From: Takakia lepidozioides
Taxonomy: Eukaryota > Plantae > Bryophyta
Assembly (NCBI GenBank): GCA_030704615.1
Contig: CM060731.1
Span: forward strand, 80,352,001-80,416,000
Length of the DNA stretch: 64,000 bases
Direction of reading: 5' to 3'
Below the pieces are notes generated by a model. It saw only the letters and a list, made by a program, of their open reading frames with translations, made no database searches and was not told the origin of the DNA. Made by a program: the position numbers and the translations under genes. Positions 11,395-32,630 of this stretch are shown here, piece by piece (positions within the stretch are counted from its first letter, which is position 1; each line of letters starts with the position of its first letter).

Positions 11395-12535
11395 TTCCTA
11401 TGTCGTTGGCCCAAGTGTCCAGGGTCATGTAAGCCCAAGTACAATCTCCTATGCATTCAAGTGCGTCTCCTATGTCTAGGCCCAAGTATGATCTCTAGGG
11501 TAGCCTCTGCCGTTGGCCCAAGTGTCCAATGTCATATAAGTCATCCAAGTCTAATCAATTTTTTTCACGGAATCTACGACCTGATTTGAACCGGAGACCT
11601 TTTCCTTGATATCTCCCCCATCGAGGCTCCGATCATTGTCCCATGAATGTCCACTTTTCCATTTTTGCTGATTTTTGGACATGATTTTTGTGAAGTGACC
11701 CAAAGCACTTGAAATTCCACATCTCCCACACCGCAGGTCCAAAAATCATGAGACCAAGCCGGTGCACCCCTCCTCATCGAGGGCTTTCCAACGGCACCAA
11801 GCACCGGGGTTGGGGCCCCGCGGTTTGGGAGATCTCAACGACACTACAAACAAAACAAAACAAAACAAACAAACTGGCTTCCTTCATATATTGACTAGGG
11901 TAGCCTGTGCCGTTGGCCCAAGTGTCCAGTGTCATCTAAATCCAAATGCAATCCCCTATGTATCTAGAGACCCTCATGTTTGGGAGATCTAGGCCTAGGG
12001 TAGCTTGCTGTTGGCCCATGTGTTAAGAATTGAAATCTAAGTCCAAGTGCAATGATCCCCTATGTATTCAAGTAGCGTCTCATATGTCAAGGCCCATGTG
12101 TGAAGAATTGAAAACTAAGCCAAGTGCAATTTCTTATGTATCCAAGTGGGTCTCCTATGTCGAGGCCCAAGTGCGACCTCTAGTGTAGCCTATGCCGTTG
12201 GCCCATGCGTGAAGAATTGAAATCTAAGCCCAAGTGCAATCTTCTATCCATGTATCCAAGTGTATCTCCCATGTACATGCCCAAGTGTCCAGTGTCATCT
12301 AAGTCCAAGTGCAATCCCATATCCAATCAATTTTTTATTTTTTATTTTTCAGAGAGCCTACAACCAGATTTGAACCGGAGACCTTTCCCTTGATATCTCT
12401 CTTGTCGAGGCTCCAACCATTGTCCCAGGAATGCCTACTTTGCCTTTGTTTTGCTATTATTTGTGAATTTCCAGCGACCAAAATTACTTGGAATTCCGGA
12501 TCTCCCACACCGCAGGTCCAAAAATCACCGAGACT
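11395..12535 (+). mobile_element. Head-to-tail array of a non-autonomous Helitron-like repeat with an internal minisatellite
   Basis: Recurrent start motif CTAGGGTAGCCTNTGCCGTTGGCCCA at about 11495, 11894, 11995 and 12180. The body (GATTTGAACCGGAGACCTTT...TCTCCCACACCGCAGGTCCAAAAATCA) occurs at 11550-11750 and 12320-12535, with a CAAA microsatellite before the junction at 11893/11894. No TIR or TSD seen. The class is inferred. Confidence 0.55.
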
Positions 12536-12850
12536 ACAATTGATTCAATGTCTTTGAAAATAGCATGATACATTACCCTATGCACTCACTATCTCACATT
12601 CAATTGGAGGCATACTAATATCACATATTACATCAGAGCCCTATGAGGTCAATTATACCACATTCCCCTTGACTATAATTGATTCAATGTCTTTCTATGT
12701 ACCATAGTACAATAGCACTATGCACAGCTAACTATACCTCACATTCAATTGGAGGCATACTAATATCACAGATTGTACGAGAGCCCTGTGCTCGGTCAAT
12801 TGCACCAGAACCCTGTAACTACCACATCACAACAATTGGAGGCATATTAA
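12532..12850. repeat. About 140-bp tandem repeat (2 copies plus a partial copy) rich in CAATTG
   Basis: AATTGATTCAATGTCTTT and CTCACATTCAATTGGAGGCATACTAATATCACA each recur about 140 bp apart. Confidence 0.8.
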
Positions 12851-13589
12851 ATACATAGATCTACCATAGCCCATTCAGGCTCTTTGTAAAGTAGTTCTAT
12901 ATTGTAATTGCAATATACCACACTACAACAACACTACGTGCACACATTGTACCACAATAGTACATTTGGTTCATCTCTTTGTAATGTAATTGTACAATCA
13001 TGTACCACAGCAGAGTATCACAGCAGTACATTTCCTCAATTATATGTGGAAATCATCAATTGTACCACGCCAATACATTTCATTCATGCTCTTTGCAATC
13101 AAGGCCTCTTGACACACCTCATCTTAACCTAGTCACATGGGTAACAGTGAAGTCTTCACAACACTTTAGTACCTACGATTGCAATGGTAGAAAAATAATT
13201 AATCATGTCGCATGAGATCCACACACCGTTGAGATAAGCAGAATGTCGATCATTTATCTTTGTGTTGCATTGCAGATCCAATGCTTTTCAACCCATCACT
13301 GATGTTTGACAATATGGCAATGTATCCAGCTCCTACATCCTTGGTGACTTGTATTTTGTTCCTTTCCCAACTATAGAGTTTCTTTGTGGCGTTTGTTATC
13401 TTGAATTTGAGCATCCATCATGGCGGCGACCATTTTCTCTTGGTTGGCTTGGAGAACCGTGGTCAAGCCTTCCGCTCATTTAGGATAGAGTCGTCGACGT
13501 TTTGTAGTGGATGACGAAATCTCAATCAACTCCTCAGAGGACGAATCAGACGCACTACCTAGTGAACACGACATTGTTTCCAAAATTCG

Positions 13590-14000
13590 TCATCAGACAA
13601 AATTCCTACGTATACTATGCGCACTGATATGCACTTGCGGGGAAGCGGTGATGTTATCTCTCGGTCTGGCCATGGCAGAAGTGTCGGTTGGAAGATCATC
13701 TGATTCTATAACCTTGGAGGTCTTCACAATCCATTGTGATAAATCATCAAAGACTTCTTGGTGAAGATATGTTTTAGGCATCTAATTGGTATCTTTTCTT
13801 TTCTTGGGGGGTCATTTGGTAATAGGATTTCCTTCCACTAGGGATTTTCTTTTCATAGTCCCAGACCTTACAGAAGTATGAAGATGTCCCTTCCCATTTG
13901 TCTTGACATTGTTGTGCACTTCTTAAAACACCTTGTTGAAAATGTCATGCCTTTTCAACCATCTGGCACTTGTAAGTAGCAGGTTGATGCAAGGTTTTGG
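13590..14000 (-). pseudogene. Trihelix/Myb-SANT DNA-binding domain pseudogene (possibly a Harbinger ORF1 remnant)
   Basis: Manual translation: GVLRSAQQCQDKWEGTSSYFCKVWDYEKKIPSGRKSYYQMTPQEKKRYQL, then a frameshift to PKTYLHQEVFDDLSQW. There is an in-frame stop upstream. Confidence 0.75.
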
Positions 14001-15299
14001 AGCCTGATTGAGGACCATGTCTGGTCTAGTCGCTTCGCTTTGCAGCTAGCAAAACCATCATCTTATAAAGCAATAATGTCATTTTCTTGTAAACCCTGAC
14101 TGTAATGCATCCTATTGAGCTCCAAATTTGGTGGTGTCATCATTTGAACCATTTTCCACTGTTGGTGTTCCATTTGTTTTCACTATTGGTGTTTCATACA
14201 GTGCATATGAGTCTTCTTTATTCAGCATAGCCATCATATTCACTTTTCGATGTGGTCGCCAAAGTACGCAATGAAGGGAAAACCAAGAAAAGACGCGAAG
14301 AGAGAGATCTCCTCGGCCGGTGATCGCAAAATCCAACGTTCTATAGTTGGTGAAACATTAGGACCCGGTCTCCCAACTTTCAGCTTCTCACGGAGAGTTG
14401 GAAGTCGGACCCGAGATAGGGTTTGGGTCCGGCCACATAGGAGTGCCCGGAGGACGTTCAAAACCCGGTCATGACATCAGCTTTTGGTCAGGTCTCACCA
14501 CATGGAAGGACGCCGTAATTGGGTGGCCTGCAGAGCCCGTGGGTGGACTGTAACACGGCGCTGCCTACCACGTAGATGGTCAACTCAAAGGTTGGGCCAA
14601 AATCTGGGACCCCACAAAAATCCTACAGGCTGGAGCTTTAAGGTTATTATTATTTTTTGGCTGGACAGACTACCGGATGAGTCAGGTTGCGGGCTGTAAA
14701 ATTGCTTTAGGGATGGATGAATTCCATCCACAGATCCACAAAAGTTACAAAAATCTGGATGATATATGGTGCGGGTCGCGTAGGCAGCTGTTAAGGGTTA
14801 AGAAACAATCATTTTTCCGTCCCCAAGGCCAACCCGGACATTGTAGGAGACATTTTACTTTGAAAATATTCTTATCGTTCTCAATCTATGAACGCCGATG
14901 GTTGTGGGTTTAACAGGATTTTGTACTGTTTGATTCTAACAAAATCTGATGTTGCAAAATTTAGGCATGTGGAATCGAGTACACTAGTTGTTGAGCGTCT
15001 CTCTTGATTTTCATGTCTCATGTGATATGCATGCTCTATGAGCAATGGAAGCTCAAATCTGCAGGTAATGAGCGTTTGTTTGTGAATAAGGGTCCCGAAT
15101 TCTGGCGGGGTTATTCTTGGAGGTAGAAAAAAAGGAGAGGATTGGAGCGGCCAACAGGGAGGGAATTCTGCACGAGTGTTGGAATGGGTGATATTTGAGG
15201 CCACGTGTAGAGGCTAGCATAGAAGTACGATATGTGAGACGGTGGGCCCTCCTTCTAATTTTAGAGCTTTCCAAGGATTTCCACATAAAGGCGTGGGCC

Positions 15300-16055
15300 A
15301 TTTCTAGAAGGCTCCACCACTGCCTTAAGAGAGTACATAAAAAGGCTCAGGTGTAATGTGTCCTAGAGGGTTCTTCCGCCTCCGCCTCCGCCTTGCTCTG
15401 GTGGCTCTGCAAGGAGCCCCCCTTAAAAAATGTAAATTTGGAACCTAAACCATCTTCAAATGAATATAAATGGCGGTGGGCCCTCCTCCTGACAAGTCTC
15501 ACTGTGTCAATCGGTCGGGACCATGTGGCTATCAACTTTGTCAATAATTGCTTAGGGTTGTTTCATGGACAAGCTCTGGCTATTTGTGATATAGAAAAGC
15601 TCATAGTAGAATAATGCGAGGAATTGGTATTCTCCCCATAGTTGGGCATGACTACTTTGCTTTTAAGGAAAGATAACTATTCTATAACAAAATGCAAAAT
15701 GTCAACCAAAAAAGCGGCCAGCTAAATATCACCTAGCCTGCTATCACTACTTACAAACAGCCCATTGAAATCAAAGTCAGAAAGGTGGGAACACATGATA
15801 TTTAGGCACCAAAAAGAACCAAGGACACTGAAAAGTTTGAGCAAAAACACCAAAAACACACATGCCACATAGACCGAAAAATGGAAAATGATTCAAGTTC
15901 CAATTTGCATTTTTAAGTAGGGGTCCTACATGTAGAGCCCACCAAAGTAAGGTTGAGGCGGGAGCGTAGGCCATGCAGAGCAAAGCCCTCCCCCTCCTTT
16001 ATATATCTTGTCAAAAACGGCGGCCCGCCCTCCGGTGGTGGAGCCTTCCAAAAGG
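15300..16055. mobile_element. Fold-back element with about 160-bp degenerate inverted arms
   Basis: GAAGGCTCCACCAC (15308) pairs with GTGGTGGAGCCTTC (16035). 15385-15457 is the diverged reverse complement of 15886-15962. Confidence 0.6.
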
Positions 16056-16894
16056 TTGATCCCCTCTCCACTACCGAGACTTGTGCATCCCTACACTTAA
16101 CCTGTCCATTTGCTATCCAAAAATAGTCCTCCCCCACCACTTGACACATGTACAATAACTATCCCAAAACTACCCCTGGACGGTCTCACCCCATTGCTCC
16201 TCTCTGCTTTGGACATTAAGAAATTTCCGCTCCCAAAATTTGGGACCCGTATTTAGATGTGAAATTTTGTGCACAAATGCCTGGCTTGATTAATATGGAA
16301 AAGATTCCAATTCCCTCTTTCCAATACTGTTTGGAAAAAAAAATTATGCTTCATTTTGCAGTACAATATTCAGGGAAACAAGTTTTGTTGATTTTACCAT
16401 CGTTCAAAGATCAAACACTACTTATCTCGTAGATCCAATGGTGGATTCCAATTTTGATGGACGGGCTGGATGCCTAGGGCAGGTCAGGGGCATCCAAACC
16501 TGGTGAAAAGGCTAGTTTGTCCTCAAATTGGAGCTGTGGTGCCAAACCTGCAAGACCCATTTCCACTAACATGTAGACAAGGTTAACACATTCTCAGGTT
16601 GGAAGGGATTAATAAAACACATTAACATTTAAAATACGACATTTAAACAAACATCCACTTCTTTTACTTGAGCAGTTGGAGGCATAATCTCAATATCATA
16701 TGCTATCAAAACATCCAATGCAAGTACAACTAGCACATAGGCAATCTCTCTCAAAAACAATCTCTATCTCAAGTCTAGAAATGCTAAACATATATCTTGT
16801 AATATTGTATTAGCTTCTAATCCCCTTAGTATCACCTTATCATTACCTTCTAACCCTATGATTAGGTATGTTTTAGGATGTATTCTTATCTTAA

Positions 16895-17750
16895 CCCTTA
16901 ACTTCCTACACGGCCCGTTTCAGGTAAACCTGTCTTGAGGACCATCCTAACTTTTGCAGATGAACTTTTTTTACATTCATTCCTTTGAGCATTTATAGTG
17001 GCCCATATGCTCCAATTTATTGCATGCCATTTGGAGCAGGCATGCGGCCTCCAGATTTTTCTAAGGGGACAGTGGTCAAAAATTTATTGGGTGGAGGGGA
17101 GTTGACTAGAAACATGGGCCCCCCTCATTGGGCCATTGAAGCATTCTAAGCTAGTGATGCCAAAATTGTTGGATGCTACTCGACCTATTTGAATTTCGGT
17201 TTTCACCAATAGATCATCTTGAAATTTTTCCTGATGCTTATGGGCATTGTAAGACAGCCCCTCACCAGAGGGATTTGAGTAATTATGATTTTTGAGATGA
17301 CATGGTTTGGAGGTAAGCTTTAGGCTTGAATGTGCTTGCTAGGGATGGACATGTCAACCCTCACCAAAACACATACAAAGCAGCATATGCAATAAAATGT
17401 TGGTTTGATGTGAAATTTGGCATACAATTTGCATTTGTACTATACATTATGAAAATTTGGGGTAGCCCTTTTGGAAAACTCAAAAAGCCCCTCAACATGC
17501 TTGGTCAAAGCAAATAAAGGTTTTTCTCAAAACCAAAAGAAAAGAAAACTTTTTCAAAAAAACAATATAATATCTCATACTCAACGGTGAAAATTCCTAA
17601 AATTTGGGGAGATGGTGTAAAGGCCAAGTAGGCATGTATGTGTACGGTCAATTTTTGTGGACGAATGCTGGTAGGTGGTTAGCCTCCCCTTAGTTCTAAG
17701 GGATAATAATTTTTGGGAGTGAAAAAAATCACTTTGTAGGAAGTTAAGGG
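16895..17750. mobile_element. piggyBac-like non-autonomous DNA transposon, 856 bp
   Basis: Perfect 16-bp TIR CCCTTAACTTCCTACA (16895-16910) / TGTAGGAAGTTAAGGG (17735-17750), with TTAA at 16891-16894 and 17751-17754. Confidence 0.8.
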
Positions 17751-17754
17751 TTAA

Positions 17755-17790
17755 CCCTTAAGTGTCAAACCGACCCGTTTTTGGTAGGTT
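17755..17790. mobile_element. End of a related piggyBac-like element sharing the TTAA at 17751-17754
   Basis: TTAA|CCCTTAAGTGTCAAACCGACCCGTTT. The partner end was not found. Confidence 0.6.
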
Positions 17791-18773
17791 AGGTTTCTTT
17801 AACCAGCCGTAACTTCCTATGGTTAAGGCTGATTGGCCTTTTTCTTGGCTCAATCAACAGATAATCGGGTCCCCCTTCATATGGCATTGGCCAATTGGTC
17901 AATGCCTGAAGGGGTATGGGTCTGGTGGCAACTAGGACCAGCAAGTGGAAGAAAGCTTCAGGGAGGCTCAAAGGTTGAATATACAATTTATTCTGTTCCT
18001 AGGTGACCAGAAGGGTAGAGGGTGTAAAACTTTATGTGATACCTATGCGGAGTGGTGAATTATATGTTAGCATATATTTTTTTATTACGTTGTAGGATGT
18101 GTATGTGACTATGATTTTTCTGCCCAAAATTACATCTGCAACGGAGTTTGTTATATTCCATTACGACGTCATATGATTCTACACCGACCTTATAAAGGGT
18201 TCAAGGTGAATATATACGGAGAGAGGAAAGTTGGGAGGAAAGTTGGGCTTATCTCCACGCCGAGAAAATCCTATTTCCGCTCTACCTAGTCCGTACGGTT
18301 AATCGTGCAAAGAGATGTACCTTAACGCATGCCCATACACCCGCGAGCTTACCGTACAGGAAGGGTGAGGCTTCACGCACATGGGGCCAATGTTTTAGTG
18401 TAGGGTAAGTATAAGGTAAAGGGCCCACAGGAAGCTTTCTAAGAATTAAGGCATGGCTCGAAGGCCCAAGCCAAAAATCTGGAAAGGCCCGGGTTGGGGC
18501 CTTTCCACAATGAAGCTTTACGCGAGGAATGGGTTACAATCTGGATAAATGCTACATTGTAAACGTTAAACTATCATAACCGTTGAGAAAATTTTACTCC
18601 CCTACTTGTGCATACTGTTTTGATAAGTGTTATTTGCTAACAAATGTTTACTCCTATCTTCATTGATTTTCCCTTTAATAAATGTTAAGTGCACGATAAA
18701 GGCTACGAGATATGCCGCATGTTGTCCGAGCTAGCTTGAGATAAGCTCCAAAATAAAGCTCCAGCTAGGTTAA

Positions 18774-18930
18774 CCCTTAAGTGTCAAAACTCATTTTCAC
18801 CCTCTTGTGGAGAAACATGACCCTGGCCCACAAAAAAAAATTATCTAAAGAATCTCTGTGTCCCTGTAAAACTGACCGTTGGAATTACTTCCCACCTATC
18901 CCACCTCCTACCACAAAAATAAATCTCCAC
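18774..18930. mobile_element. Third piggyBac-like terminus
   Basis: TTAA (18770-18773) followed by CCCTTAAGTGTCAAA, the same 15-mer as at 17755. The interior resembles the inward read of the 17750 end. Confidence 0.6.
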
Positions 18931-21903
18931 TAAGAACTAGGTGCCAAAAAAAGCAGTTTTTTGCTCGTATGTGGGCATTTTTAATTTTTTCTGTTTGAGA
19001 GCACACATTCTCATAAAATTTCAGTTTTTTCTGAAATGTTCTCAAGTGGGCTCCTTTGTAGTGACAAATTGGGGGGTCAAAATATGCCATTTTCTTTGGG
19101 CAGGCCAAAATCTATCTTCCTAAGATTATACAAAAAAATTCAGCCGTTCAATTCTTAATCCCTCCGGTTGAAGTGTCATGAACATCCATATGAGATCCCA
19201 AATTGTTTTTGGGACCAATCGGTAACTGCCCTCACATCTTGAGGTTCCCTGCCCAAGACTTCAAATGGCACACCTATGTTATAGCCTGCAGGCCTAGGAT
19301 ATTTGGAGCCATAGCCCAGAAGGGCACGGGGCTTGGGAGCTCCTCTGGCTTACCCGGCCCTGCTTTCATGGGGGGCCACTGCACCCTCAACCCTCTCAAA
19401 CCCCCGCCCTAGGTCTGGCCCACCCCTCGTAGCGTTTTTCTCGAGCCCCGAGCTCTGCCGCCATCGCGGCTGCACTCCCTCCAGCCCGCCCTGCATGGTG
19501 TTGGCCGGATCTGCCATCGCCGTTGATTCAGGCTAGGATCCAGGCCTGGGAATGCCCAGACCTGCGCCCGGCGCCATGCCCCCCCCGGGCAATCAAGGGG
19601 TTTGGGGGAGCGTGCCGCGTTATCCTTTATGGGGTATCTTTCAGTCACCCTAACCTGACCGCAGTTGCCATGTCAGCAACTTGGGCAGGTTAGGGGGGCC
19701 AAATTCGCCTCAAAAAGCTGAGTGTGCCCCCTTCCGATTGGTCCCTCTACCCCCAACACCCCATAGTGAGCCTCCCCTACTGCCACCTCCCTCCTACCTT
19801 TCCCAGCCATACTAGCCAAGTCTTGGCGCATGGAGTGCATGGTTAACTTAACCACACATACTTATTATAACAGCCAATACCAGCCGGGTCGGTTATTTAA
19901 TACCCTGGTTGATACCCGGCCAGATTGAACCCCCCACCCACAGGCCACTGTAGAGGATGCCCACAGGTGACTAGGTGTCGCACCTTGTTCCAATACACGT
20001 CCAACTTTTTGTAAAACTTGGACATTGCTCTCAGAAAGCGTCACATTGTTCTCCCAAGTCGTCACTAGTAGTAAAAAAAGGCGCGTGTAGCTATCATCAA
20101 TGAATTGAAAAAAAAAATGTTGGGATAAGCCTGTTGGTCTGGGGTTCAATCCCTGTTGGCTTGGTTTTTTGTCTGCCTTGGAGCTGCTTTCTGTCCCCTC
20201 TATGCGTCATTTCCGAGGTAGGGCGTCAGTTATCCCCCACGAGGGCCTTTCCTTGAGAGACCCAAAAAAGCAAACAGCGGCTGGGTGTATGTAGGGCAGG
20301 TGGCAGTGCGAGGCAAGGGAGGGGGGTTGACGAGGATGGTGGCGGTGGACGACACGAGCGCTGTTGGGCAGCAAGTCCACCCCCGCATTGCGTCAGGGAT
20401 GGGGCGGGCGCCTTGCGTTGTACAACCAAGCGCTGGAGCTGAACTCGTAGGTGGATGTTTTGTAGCAGTCTCGTGGGCACCTGTGGTGAAGGCTGGTTTG
20501 AATGAGGTATGCAGGGGCAGCTCTTGAGGACAGTAGGAAGTCGGGTTAGATGGCTGCTGGGTAAGGACCGTGGAAGCAAGGATGGAGACAGGATTCAGGA
20601 TCTGAAAGCTTCAACGCAGTGTGTATCTAGAAGCTTCTTATTAACACTGAGCTCTCTCAAATTGGTTATATATAATACTTACGTCTGTACTTGCTTTGAG
20701 GTTAAGACAAGAATTCTTGACAGACCATAGTACTGAGGTATACCAGTCTTTCTAGTACTAGAATTCCTGGAGAGGAGATAGTTTTTTAAATCAATTCTGT
20801 GGACGCTACGGATACAGCTAGTAAACTCGACAATACAGATTCTTAATTTCTTTGGATTGTTGGAGGCAACAGTTTTTGTATTTGGCCTTGGCAGATGCAA
20901 ACTCTTCATATTCCGGACGCAAACTTGGAGATGCTATTTCCGTATGGCATGTACGAAGTATGCTCGGTAGTTTTGGAGCTTGACAGTTGGCTATTCCCAG
21001 CCGAGGACGTTAATAATCTTGAAAGGTTTGTGTGAATTGATTGAAGGTGATCACCAAGGTCCCCAAATACAGATGATTATACAGGACAGCATCACAATCC
21101 AAACCGGGACGACTTCATATGATCTGATTACCACAGCATGTACTATGGACGTCTTCCTTATTTTGTGATAAAGCGGTGCAATGCAGGAGGAAGGTCTACA
21201 GGTTATCAATGTGTAACTTGGCTTCAGCATCATGAATGTGTCATCTTCCTCCCGGGCTAATTCCAAGTGCTTGTTCGGGTTCATGTAAAGGGGGCAACAA
21301 TTGATACAAAGGGTTGAAATTGTGGCTACTGCTCGGGACCACATCGCGAGTTCCATGTCCTATTGGATGTGATAGTATCAAATTTTCTAGCTCAGAGACC
21401 GAGGACCATCACTGTCAATTGATGTAACAGTTTAGATAAGCTGTACAGCAATATCAATCAGGGAAGACCTGGCAAGACCGCGGGGGACTGACTTCGGGAA
21501 TTCAGGTTTCCTCTTGATTATTCGACAGGTTTCTTACAATAATTTCTGGTCTCCAGGTTTAGTATGCAGCTTCAGAGATTTCAAGGGTGCTGGAGGGCGC
21601 GATCACTACTGAAGACATGCCTGGACAGGCCAGACCATCTAAGATTCTATCTCGCAAATTCCACGACAGTTGCCAGGCGTCCGAAACACCAGATTAAACG
21701 CGCAGTTTAGACCGAAAATAATTTTTTGTCCAGAGGAAACTGAGTACAAAGAAGCTCCAGGGATGGGTATCTCTAAATTTGGGACACATAATGTGTCTGC
21801 GTGCAGCTGTACAGGATTTAGCTCTGCCAGATTGAATGGATTACGGGAGGGGACGAATTGGCAAGGTTTTGGGCTTCAACTTACCCACTTCAGTAAGATT
21901 CTG

Positions 21904-30312
<8,409 letters not shown>

Positions 30313-32630
30313 GGAGCCTGGACCAAGCAGCAATGAAATTTCCGACAGGTTTAGGCTTGGGATGCCTCGGTAGCATGGAAACATTCTCACTTCTATAGGA
30401 GTCCCGCAACATTTTATCTTCCAATCTGATTTATTGTAGTAGTCCCTTCCACTGTCTGAGTATTGCGCTTCAGTGCTGCATTCATAGACTCGGAGAATCC
30501 TACTTTATCCTGCAGGCATCCCTACTAGTTACCTTCACCAATGAGGCAATACCTGCTGTGTCAGAGTGCTCTCATTGAGCTGTAACATACAGAAATTCCA
30601 AAGAAACTTACATGCATCAGATCCATTGCCTTACTTGCTTGGTACAAAAGAAATTCTGTGACCAGAACACCGCCTGAAGCAACATCGAAACATGCAACAC
30701 GGCACTGGCAGGTCATGCAGCTTGGAGATTTTGCACTCAATACTCACGATTCCTTGTTGAAACATAGCACCCCTTGAAACTCTTGTGCGCCTTCTTGAGC
30801 CTACACTGGAGGTGAAAGCCGGTGATAGCATAGTGCCATGACCACTTGCGAGACTTTTCAATCCTGCAGATCGTATCTTGTTCTGGCGAAATTCTCTTGT
30901 TCAGTTGAAATGACAAGCTTCAAGATTCACTTCTGCACATTACCATCTGATTGAATATCACATGTTTCTGTGGACGTCTTTACTTAGATCCTACCTGGCC
31001 GCATGAGCAACCTGACTATGGGTGTCTACTGTAGAAGTTCCTTCATTTGAGAGCAGTGCTGACCTCTTACGAAGTACCGAGTACGTGCTTTCCTGAAGAC
31101 GAGGACGTGAAGTTTTATGTGCAAAAGCAGGAAGATAAGGTCAGCCTGTAAACGAAAATGATGTAAATCCCAAGGTTCATGGCTCTATGGCCACCCCACC
31201 GAATTCCTCAGGCTGAATTGCTTTTATGACATCGAACAAGCCAGACCAAATGTGATCTGCATTATGCAACGTACCACCATAACGCAATTGGAATGACTCC
31301 GAGCTCAAGAGGATTCCTCGGAGGATATTATAATCGGAATGCTTTCACCGCCCATGAACAGCCCAAGAACTCTACTTCACCGTACACAAGTGTCGCCCTA
31401 AGACGAAGTGCCTCAAGCAGTTAGGCCGTGAGCTTGGAGTCTTCAAACTTGGGAGGCTCTAAAAATTGCTGTACCTTCCGTAAGAAGAAAAAATGGTGCT
31501 CTATTTCCACTTTCTGCAACGTGCAGACGGGACAGATTGTAGCCTCACTTCTCCATTCCAAGCCTAAGGCTGTCAGCCAACTCTCATTGCGCCGAAGACC
31601 CTATGAGGATTGAACTGTGCGTAGTGGCCTGACTGGCAGCCGGTGTCCAGGTGCGGACGGCTTCCAACGAGCGGTTGGTCATCAGCCCACAACCTTTGAC
31701 CTGCCGCGGTTGTTTGTGGTGCCAAGATCCGCTGTAGGAATGCGGTCTGTAGATGATTTATAGTGGGCGCAAGCCCCCAGATGACTCTTGAACAGGTCGG
31801 GTGAACAGTTGATGGCTCTTTGCGCAAGCGAGTTATGAGTACCGTATGCCTCAGGTCATCTGCTTAATATCAATGCTACTCTGCACCCGGTTTTTGCAAC
31901 CCTTGTCAAATCCCCGAAGCCCTAGGGATTGCATCCAAGCTTTTGTAAAGTCCGGCAAACAAACAACGTATCTTTGTCGCTGCCAGTTGAATCATGGCTT
32001 CGGGAGGGTGAAGACAAGCTTCTAAAGAACCAGAGGTTAACTGAAACAACCACATGGGTTGACCAGACCAATACAAAGCAGTTTGCGCGTTTAAGGTTAA
32101 TGAATTGCACAAAGCTAAGTACTTACTGTGAACATCAACTAAAATCTAGTAATCCCTCAACAAGACACGAAGAGATGAAGGCCTAGAATTAGTGATTGTG
32201 ACGGCGTTAAACCGAGCGAACATGTAGATAGAGAAAAAGCCCATAGACTATGGGAAACAGATGACCAACATTTCAGAGCTATGCTGGGTTGGATATCCAG
32301 ACAGACATGTTGCGACAAGGAAGATCAGTGTGCAGTCTCAAATTTAAACTCCCGGGCAAGGATCTAAGATTCAGCATATATACAACACGTTCACCACATA
32401 CATGTGGCCAATCTAAAGTCTACCCATCTTTCAATTCAATGTATTACGAGGTCCTACTTCGTTCCTCATGTTGATTGCATGGAGAAGTTTGCAAGTGAAC
32501 GAAAGAGGCAGTAGTTTTTCGCTAGCCATCCGAAATACACAACGTACTAACAAGTGTCTCTCAAGATCCTTTGGATTTAAGAGAGGACTTGCAAGAGACT
32601 ACTTTACTGTCGTTCAGCAGTTCGGAAGCG

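Noticed and set aside
30631-32300. Additional gene between the RLK and WIP copy A (also 35.8-37.0 kb)
   Set aside because: The short ORFs have no recognisable motifs and no consistent exon chain.
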